A DNA stretch of 64,000 nucleotides from an uncultured bacterium (lineage in GTDB: Bacteria > Patescibacteriota > Minisyncoccia > Phycocordibacterales > UBA918), in assembly GCA_950073265.1 (NCBI GenBank), contig CATMPJ010000002.1, positions 2,638 through 66,637 on the forward strand, in the 5' to 3' direction. Numbering within the stretch: the first letter of the stretch is position 1; each line of letters begins with the position of its first letter. The position numbers and the translations under genes were made by a program. Below, one piece after another: positions 57,203 to 64,000 of this stretch. The notes beneath the pieces are model-generated. The model had not been told where the DNA came from, made no database searches, and saw only the letters and a list, made by a program, of their open reading frames with translations.

Positions 57203-59533
57203 ATGCCAAAGAAGGAGGCGGATGGAAAATCTGTAGCTAAAAAGTCTACAGTTAAGAAAACTCAAAAGAAGAAGGCGACAAAAAGGGTCGCTGCTAAAAC
57301 GGTAAAAAAGCCAACACCTAAGAAAGCTGCTACAAAGAAAATGACAAAAAAGGTCGCTAAGAAAACATCGACTGCAAAAAAGAGTAATAAATTACCGCAA
57401 CCGCAAAGTAAACCAAACAATCGACAAGAAGTGCAAAAAATAGCTCTAGAACAGCTATTCAAAAAACCTGATAACGGGGAAGCGGTCCTAAATTCTGAAA
57501 AAGAAACGACGCTGCCCTCAAATATGAGTGTACGAAGTATTGAAAAAACATTGGCAATACATACGCTCTTGAGTGATTCTGTTGCCGAAAAAGTTCGCCG
57601 TGGCGCATATGGACTGTCGTTTGTTTTCATATTATTTGGTTCACTATACTCGCTCCAGCAGGTTGTCGCTGTAGCTGCTCAAACAAACACTCAATTAGCC
57701 AACCTGATTGACTCAACCAGCTCTTCGTCAAAAGATATTTCGGAAACTGTAAAACAATCAATAGAACCTGAATTGCTCCGGGCTCCACAGTTTCCACAAA
57801 TACTTGATTCCAAAGATACTTTCACTTTCTCCCTCTTGAATGCAGACAGAGCGGAGGTTATCGTTCAAAATATAAAAACAGGGAATAAGATAACCATAGA
57901 GGGAAAGGCCCTTTCTTCTGACAAATATGAATTCAGTGTCTCACCAGAGGTGTTAGATGTCGGCAGTTATGAAGTACGGATAGCGGCGCTCACAAGATAT
58001 GGAGTAACTGATTTTCCAGCTGGAAGATTTACAGTTTCTTCTAATAGTGAGATTGAAATAAATGAAGAAAGTGACCGTCCACAAACGGAGGAGAATATTG
58101 AAAGTGAAGAAGCACAACCCGACTCGGTAGTAGACAACAAGACATTTGATTTGGTACTCACTGCAAAGACAATTAAAGCACCAACAATGCTGTCAGTGTT
58201 GGCACCAGCAAACATTACTAACGTAAAATTATTCGGCTTGCGAGAAGATTCGTACACCACGCAACCATTAGGTGGAACTGTTAGAAAAACTGAAGACGGC
58301 TGGCGAGTCTTCTTCGATGTAAAAAATATACCGAACGGGACTTATGAACTTTTTGTTACAGGTTTGCGTAACGGTGTGGAAGTTAAAAGTGTGGGTAAGG
58401 AAGTCGTAATTGCCAAGCCATCGTTAGCGACTAGTTATGCTACAGCAAAATCTGAGGACGAGGACGTTAGCCAGGCAACTACCAGCAGCCAGCAACAAGT
58501 CCAGTCAGTTCTTGTAGTCAGTGAAGGTCAGCCAGTGCAAGCAATGTCGAGAAATTTTTCTGAGATTACGTTGCTACCAGAGATCGACCGCGAGTCTGAT
58601 ACTGAAAGCGTCGTCACAAAACTTTTGCAGTCAGAAAGAATAGATTTAGAAAATTTACTCAGAAACTATTCTGTTGCAGCACAGTCTAACAATGAAATTA
58701 CCAAGCGGTTAGCAGTAGAGTCTCTGGATGCGTATGTGGCTCGTTTGCAAGAAAAAGACGAAGCAACTGTGGCTTCGGCTCAAGGTAAGATTGCGGATAG
58801 GGTACTCTCATTGCGTAATAAAATTGATACTTTTGAGACACTCCGTCGAAGTAAAAGTAGTGAAGCAACCGCAATTGATTCTGATGGAGACGGCATCTCT
58901 GACCTAGACGAACGCACTTTGTTTAATACCGATCCGGACAATCCAGATACAGATGAAGATGGTGTTATAGATGGAATCGAAGTTATGCGAGGTTACAACC
59001 CAGCTGATGGGGCTTCTGAAGCTAATGTAATGTACGAATCACCTAGAGAAAGCATTGGCTTAACCTACAAGGATGATTTGAGAGTGGTACGGGTGAGTCC
59101 ATATGTCGTTGCCGAGCCAGATGCTGGGAAAGTGGTACAAGCAAGTATTGTCGGACAAGCATTACCGAATTCGTACGTAACACTATACATTTTTAGTACA
59201 CCAACGATTATTACCGTCAAAACTGATGATACCGGAGCATTTGAATACATTTTCACTAATGAGTTAGAGGATGGAAAACACGACGTATATGTAGCAATGA
59301 CTGACAATGCTGGAAAAATCGTTGCCCAAAGTGAGCCCTTTACCTTTGTGAAAGAAGCGGAAGCCTTTACAACCGGCTCCTTTAGTGATGGTCCTGCAGG
59401 GACTTCAGATTATATTTTAGATAATCAATATAGCTTGGCGTTAGGGTTGGGGGTTTTGTCGCTCGGTGTTGTGCTATTTATGTTAGGTATTGGTTTGCGT
59501 CGTGAAGAGCCGGTCTTAGTAACAGGGTCATGA
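57203..59533 (+). CDS. large membrane protein: Lys-rich N-terminal tail, Ig-like domains, Ca-binding DxDxDG repeats, C-terminal TM
   Basis: KK-rich residues 1-65, TM near 135-160, DSDGDGISD..DTDEDG..DG.E, G.A.PNS.V.L Ig-like domain, TM. Confidence 0.8.
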   Translation: MPKKEADGKSVAKKSTVKKTQKKKATKRVAAKTVKKPTPKKAATKKMTKKVAKKTSTAKKSNKLPQPQSKPNNRQEVQKIALEQLFKKPDNGEAVLNSEKETTLPSNMSVRSIEKTLAIHTLLSDSVAEKVRRGAYGLSFVFILFGSLYSLQQVVAVAAQTNTQLANLIDSTSSSSKDISETVKQSIEPELLRAPQFPQILDSKDTFTFSLLNADRAEVIVQNIKTGNKITIEGKALSSDKYEFSVSPEVLDVGSYEVRIAALTRYGVTDFPAGRFTVSSNSEIEINEESDRPQTEENIESEEAQPDSVVDNKTFDLVLTAKTIKAPTMLSVLAPANITNVKLFGLREDSYTTQPLGGTVRKTEDGWRVFFDVKNIPNGTYELFVTGLRNGVEVKSVGKEVVIAKPSLATSYATAKSEDEDVSQATTSSQQQVQSVLVVSEGQPVQAMSRNFSEITLLPEIDRESDTESVVTKLLQSERIDLENLLRNYSVAAQSNNEITKRLAVESLDAYVARLQEKDEATVASAQGKIADRVLSLRNKIDTFETLRRSKSSEATAIDSDGDGISDLDERTLFNTDPDNPDTDEDGVIDGIEVMRGYNPADGASEANVMYESPRESIGLTYKDDLRVVRVSPYVVAEPDAGKVVQASIVGQALPNSYVTLYIFSTPTIITVKTDDTGAFEYIFTNELEDGKHDVYVAMTDNAGKIVAQSEPFTFVKEAEAFTTGSFSDGPAGTSDYILDNQYSLALGLGVLSLGVVLFMLGIGLRREEPVLVTGS

Positions 59534-60867
59534 TTTCAAAAGTGCTCTGGTATATTCAAAACGGTGCTGTTGCACTTACGCTTCACACTAAATTCATCTT
59601 GATAATTTTGGTGATTTTTTTATTTCCACTGGGATTTTTGTTCTCAGTGCAAACCATTCAGCAAGTTGCCGACAACAATACTAAGACAGTGCAAAAAGAA
59701 TCAGTTGCTGTACTGCACGAAGCTTTACAGATTGGTCCACTGAAAGAAAACACCGCGCGGCTTTTGGCAGAAGAATTCAATTCACCCACCACCCTACAGG
59801 TTTATAAAACCGATGATTTAAATCAAACTGAGCTCCAGTTTTCATCAGGAGAGAATGCTGCTCCAATTGACTTGCACCTCCTTGTAACTACTCCCAGCGA
59901 TGGTTCCGTGTACATATATGAGCAAGAAGAGAACGGAGCTCGAGTTTGGTATGCAGTTTCTAAAATACGTACTGAAGGACATCTATACACTATTGCCAGT
60001 ATCCATAACTACAGATTACTTGATCAAGTGTTAGCGAGCAGGATTCTTGATGTATATTGGTTTCTTGGACTTGGCTTACTCCTGCTTTTCTTGATTGCTT
60101 ATTGGTTGGTACGGCAGACAAACTGGGAGGCTAAGTATCAGTCAATTCAGACGAATCTGTCTCAACAAGAGCTTCTCATGGGTACGATTGCACACGAATT
60201 TAGGTCACCTTTAACGGCTATAGCTGGTAATCTGAGTTTTCTTCATGAGTCAAATCGTCTGCGACCAAAAGATAAAGAAACACTGCGCAGTATCGGTATG
60301 TCGACGCAACGCATGCTGCACTTAGTGAATGATTTTTTAGAGGTGTCCAAGATTCAATCTGGAAGAATAGATCTTACCTTTGAAAAGGTAAACCTGAACG
60401 AAGTCATTTATAGAGTTATTACTGAACAAGGAGTCTTGGCGGCAGAGAAAAGACTCATTCTACGCGACGCAACACAACGGAAAGACATTCAGCTTTTGAC
60501 CGATAAAAAACGTCTAGTGCAGGTGCTCACCAATATTGTAAATAATGCTCTTAAATATACGGAAAAGGGAAGCATTGTCATAACGTACGAAAGCAACCCG
60601 CTGTATGTTACCTTGCGTGTCCAAGACACTGGTACTGGTATTAGTGCTGCCGACAGGGATAAGTTGTTTGAGCCGTTCTCAAGAGTCGGTGGTGTCGAAA
60701 AAACAGCGGCGATGGGTAGCGGTCTCGGTATGTGGATCACCAAAAGACTAGTCGAAACACTCGGCGGTAAAATCGCAGTGGAATCTATTTCCGGCATTGG
60801 CACACACGTAGTCTTAAGGTTTGATACACGCAAGATTGCAGCAAAAGCTAGAGACGGTATACTGTAG
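59530..60867 (+). CDS. sensor histidine kinase
   Basis: Two TMs, AHEFRSPL H-box, N..NALKY, DTGTGI, F.PF, GSGLG. Confidence 0.95.
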   Translation: MISKVLWYIQNGAVALTLHTKFILIILVIFLFPLGFLFSVQTIQQVADNNTKTVQKESVAVLHEALQIGPLKENTARLLAEEFNSPTTLQVYKTDDLNQTELQFSSGENAAPIDLHLLVTTPSDGSVYIYEQEENGARVWYAVSKIRTEGHLYTIASIHNYRLLDQVLASRILDVYWFLGLGLLLLFLIAYWLVRQTNWEAKYQSIQTNLSQQELLMGTIAHEFRSPLTAIAGNLSFLHESNRLRPKDKETLRSIGMSTQRMLHLVNDFLEVSKIQSGRIDLTFEKVNLNEVIYRVITEQGVLAAEKRLILRDATQRKDIQLLTDKKRLVQVLTNIVNNALKYTEKGSIVITYESNPLYVTLRVQDTGTGISAADRDKLFEPFSRVGGVEKTAAMGSGLGMWITKRLVETLGGKIAVESISGIGTHVVLRFDTRKIAAKARDGIL

Positions 60868-60909
60868 GTACGCATATGCGACCCCTAGCACCATCTAGGG
60901 GCATACTAT

Positions 60910-63540
60910 ATGGATACAAAGAAAACAAAGACAGAAATGGCTGATGCAGCCGAAAAAATTATCGTAAAAGGAGCCAGGACTCACAATTTGAAGAATGTGA
61001 CAGTTGAAATGCCGCGCGGTAAAATGATTGCTGTTACGGGACCTTCTGGATCGGGAAAGTCGTCACTTGCTTTCGACACAATTTTCGCGGAAGGGCAGCG
61101 CCGCTATGTTGAATCGCTGTCTCCGTACGCCAGACAGTTTTTAAATAAAATGCAGAAACCCGATGTCGATGAGATTTCAGGGTTGTCGCCAGCGATTTCA
61201 ATTGATCAAAAGTCTGCTTCAAGGAATCCTCGATCTACAGTGGCCACGGTAACTGAAATCTATGATTATCTACGAATTTTGTACGCTCGTGTGGGTCAAC
61301 CATACTGTCTCGATGTTGATGTGCCAATTCAAAAACTTTCTCAAGATGAGATTTTGGGTATTATCCTCAAGTCAATCCAAGACAAAGAGGTAAAAGCAGC
61401 TACAAAAAAACAGACGTCTGAAGTAATGGGAATTGAAGTGTCAAAAGGACGCGTTACAGTCTTTGCGCCAGTTGTCGTCGGAAGGAAGGGAGAGTACTAC
61501 CAACTTTTGTATGATCTGCTGGCTAAGGGATACGAAACAGTAAAGATTGATGGTCAAGTCAAACAGCTTCGCGAAAAAATAGAACTTACCAAAACTAAGC
61601 GGCATGACATCGACGTGCTTGTTGATGAGATATACGTGAGCGAATTTACGAGTGACCCTAAAGGTTCCCAAGAACGTCTTTCGGAGGCGGTCGAGTTAGC
61701 CTTAACGGAAGCTAATGGTTTGGTAAAAATTGAAAGCCCCGATGGCGAAGAAAGAACGCTCTCAGCAAAATTCATCTGCCCGGTCGATGGATCGTCATTC
61801 CCGGAAGTTGAGCCACGCTTATTTTCATTTAATTCACCCTATGGAGCTTGCCCAGAATGTAATGGTCTTGGTGTGGTAGGAATATTTCAAAGTGATGAGT
61901 GTCCAGTGTGTAAAGGAGCACGTCTTCGCCCAGAGGCCTTGCGAGTGTATCTAGGTGGGGATGGTAAAAAAGACCTTGGTATCAACATTGTGGCGTTTAC
62001 AGCGCTGACGGTAGCAGAGGCTGCAGATTTTATAACCAATCTATCTTTAAGTAAAAAACAGCAAGAAATTGCATGGCCAGCACTACGCGAAATAATTGAA
62101 AGACTCGAATTCATGAAAGATGTCGGTATCGAATATCTGACATTAAATAGACGAGCCAACACGCTTTCAGGTGGGGAGGCTCAGCGCATAAGGTTGGCTT
62201 CGCAATTGGGCTCAGGTCTGGTGGGGGCTTTGTATGTACTCGATGAACCTTCAATTGGTTTACATCAACGGGACAACGATAAGCTTATCAAAACCCTCAA
62301 GGAGTTACGTGATCTGGGTAACACCATTATTGTTGTTGAACATGACGAAGACACCATCTACGCTGCAGACTATCTGGTTGATATTGGACCGGGAGCAGGT
62401 GTGCATGGCGGAGAAGTGGTGGTGGCAGATTATGTTGAGGACTTGTTGGAAGCTAAAACAAATCCGAGCAAATCAATAACGTTAGATTATTTACGCGGTG
62501 ATAAGAAGATTTCTATTCCAGAGCGTCGCACGAGTGAAAAGGGCAAGTTGATTATTAAGGGTGGTAAAGCGTTTAATATAAAAAATCTAAATATAGAGGT
62601 GCCGCTCGGCAAATTTATATGTATTACCGGCGTTTCAGGTTCCGGCAAGTCTACCTTTATGTATGAAATTGTCGACAAAAATCTTAAAGCTCGTTTAGAG
62701 AAAAAACATCGATCAGCCAAAACCTTTAACGCTACATCATTTACTGGAACTGAATACCTCGGCCGTTCAGTGTTAATAGACCAGTCACCAATCGGTCGGA
62801 CACCCCGTAGTAACCCAGCGACGTATACTGGTGCCTTTACGCACATTCGTGATTTGTTAGCTGCTACTAATGAAGCAAGAGCACGCGGGTGGAAACCTGG
62901 TCGATTTAGTTTCAACGTTAAGGGCGGACGTTGTGAAGCTTGTCAGGGCAATGGTGTTATTGCAGTTGAGATGCACTTCCTGCCGACGGTGTATGTGACC
63001 TGTGATGTTTGTGACGGTACACGCTTTACTAAGGAGACACTGGAGGTGACGTACAAAAAGAAAAATATCCACCAAATTCTCCATATGACCATTGAAGATG
63101 CATATACTTTCTTCAATGACATTCCCGCTATCGCCGAGCGGTTGAAGACATTACTAGATGTTGGGCTGGGATACTTGGAATTAGGGCAGAGTGCTACTAC
63201 GCTTTCTGGTGGCGAGGCACAGCGGGTGAAAATTGCTTCAGAGTTGTATCGGCAACATACGCAAAAAACAATCTATCTACTCGATGAACCGACTACCGGT
63301 TTGCATTATGAGGATGTTCGTAAGTTGATTGAAATCTTACAAGAGCTGGTGAACAAGGGTAATACCGTAATGGTGATTGAACATAATCTAGACTTGGTGA
63401 AATGCGCAGACTACATTATTGATATCGGGCCTGAAGGAGGAGCGGCTGGCGGTACGGTGGTTGCAAAAGGTACTCCTGAACAGGTAGCTGAGGTGGAAAA
63501 GTCTCATACTGGTCGTTATTTAAAGCGCGTACTGAAGTAA
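60910..63540 (+). CDS. uvrA: excinuclease ABC subunit A (insertion domain absent)
   Basis: Two ABC modules ([26 protein letters not shown]), C-terminal zinc finger CEAC..CDVC. Confidence 0.98.
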   Translation: MDTKKTKTEMADAAEKIIVKGARTHNLKNVTVEMPRGKMIAVTGPSGSGKSSLAFDTIFAEGQRRYVESLSPYARQFLNKMQKPDVDEISGLSPAISIDQKSASRNPRSTVATVTEIYDYLRILYARVGQPYCLDVDVPIQKLSQDEILGIILKSIQDKEVKAATKKQTSEVMGIEVSKGRVTVFAPVVVGRKGEYYQLLYDLLAKGYETVKIDGQVKQLREKIELTKTKRHDIDVLVDEIYVSEFTSDPKGSQERLSEAVELALTEANGLVKIESPDGEERTLSAKFICPVDGSSFPEVEPRLFSFNSPYGACPECNGLGVVGIFQSDECPVCKGARLRPEALRVYLGGDGKKDLGINIVAFTALTVAEAADFITNLSLSKKQQEIAWPALREIIERLEFMKDVGIEYLTLNRRANTLSGGEAQRIRLASQLGSGLVGALYVLDEPSIGLHQRDNDKLIKTLKELRDLGNTIIVVEHDEDTIYAADYLVDIGPGAGVHGGEVVVADYVEDLLEAKTNPSKSITLDYLRGDKKISIPERRTSEKGKLIIKGGKAFNIKNLNIEVPLGKFICITGVSGSGKSTFMYEIVDKNLKARLEKKHRSAKTFNATSFTGTEYLGRSVLIDQSPIGRTPRSNPATYTGAFTHIRDLLAATNEARARGWKPGRFSFNVKGGRCEACQGNGVIAVEMHFLPTVYVTCDVCDGTRFTKETLEVTYKKKNIHQILHMTIEDAYTFFNDIPAIAERLKTLLDVGLGYLELGQSATTLSGGEAQRVKIASELYRQHTQKTIYLLDEPTTGLHYEDVRKLIEILQELVNKGNTVMVIEHNLDLVKCADYIIDIGPEGGAAGGTVVAKGTPEQVAEVEKSHTGRYLKRVLK

Positions 63541-63546
63541 TGAACG

Positions 63547-64000
63547 ATGAAAAAAGAAGATTTACATAGTTTGCAAATTCCTGATAATCCAGGCGTCTAT
63601 TTTTTTCTTGGTGTAAATAAAAAAATTTTGTATATCGGGAAGGCGACCTCGCTGCGAAATCGTGTTCGCAGTTACTTTGCGCTGGATATACGTGAGAAAA
63701 GATCTGAACTCATTGAGAATATGGTTCGGGAAGCAATTACGGTTGAGTGGACAGAAACGGAAAGTGTTCTAGAAGCATTGATTCTTGAAACGAATCTCAT
63801 TCGTTCGCACAAACCTCGCTATAATACTCGCAGCAAAGATGATAAGAGTTACAACCACCTGGTAATTACTAATGAGGAATGGCCGCGAGTGCTTGTGGTT
63901 CGAGCAAAAGATTTAACTGAGCAATTTACAAAAAAAGATATTAAATACGAATTCGGCCCTTTTCCAAACGGCGGCTTGTTTCGTGAGGCACTTAAAATAG
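63547..64000 (+). CDS. uvrC: excinuclease ABC subunit C, N-terminal part (truncated by window)
   Basis: IPDNPGVY, LYIGKATSLRNRVRSYF GIY-YIG, EALILE..LI...KPRYN..KDDKSY. Confidence 0.92.
   Translation, partial: MKKEDLHSLQIPDNPGVYFFLGVNKKILYIGKATSLRNRVRSYFALDIREKRSELIENMVREAITVEWTETESVLEALILETNLIRSHKPRYNTRSKDDKSYNHLVITNEEWPRVLVVRAKDLTEQFTKKDIKYEFGPFPNGGLFREALKI

Noticed and set aside
60882-60901. CCCCTAG/CTAGGGG inverted repeat before uvrA as an SOS operator
   Set aside because: Not repeated upstream of umuD, umuC or uvrB; a single instance is insufficient

Overview
Gene-dense bacterial chromosomal segment using the standard genetic code (TGA is a stop). Gene content, short intergenic spaces, many single-TM surface proteins and absence of biosynthetic operons suggest a Patescibacteria/CPR (Parcubacteria-like) genome; this taxonomy is inferred, not searched. 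Housekeeping and repair genes: tdk, a DEAD-box helicase, mltG, mutY, rnj, secG, groES-groEL, lemA, htpX, typA, a pseudouridine synthase, umuD, umuC, tgt, uvrB, uvrA and the start of uvrC, plus tRNA-Gln(CTG) and tRNA-Ser(GGA). There are many envelope and glycan genes. No CRISPR array, integrase, transposase or prophage is visible. Most unusual observations: (1) a circularly permuted DsbA near a canonical paralogue; (2) a WxL/DUF916-like surface locus whose two main genes have ~200-250 nt structured leaders, in a genome that otherwise looks largely leaderless; (3) counter-oriented self-contained gene cassettes (promoter, strong SD, ORF, terminator), two with homologous 3' hairpins; (4) an orphan CitG-like enzyme next to tdk; (5) a two-component system plus a large membrane protein with a Lys-rich tail inserted between uvrB and an insertion-domain-less uvrA. 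All family calls come from motif recognition by eye and all RNA structures from manual pairing; none were computed.
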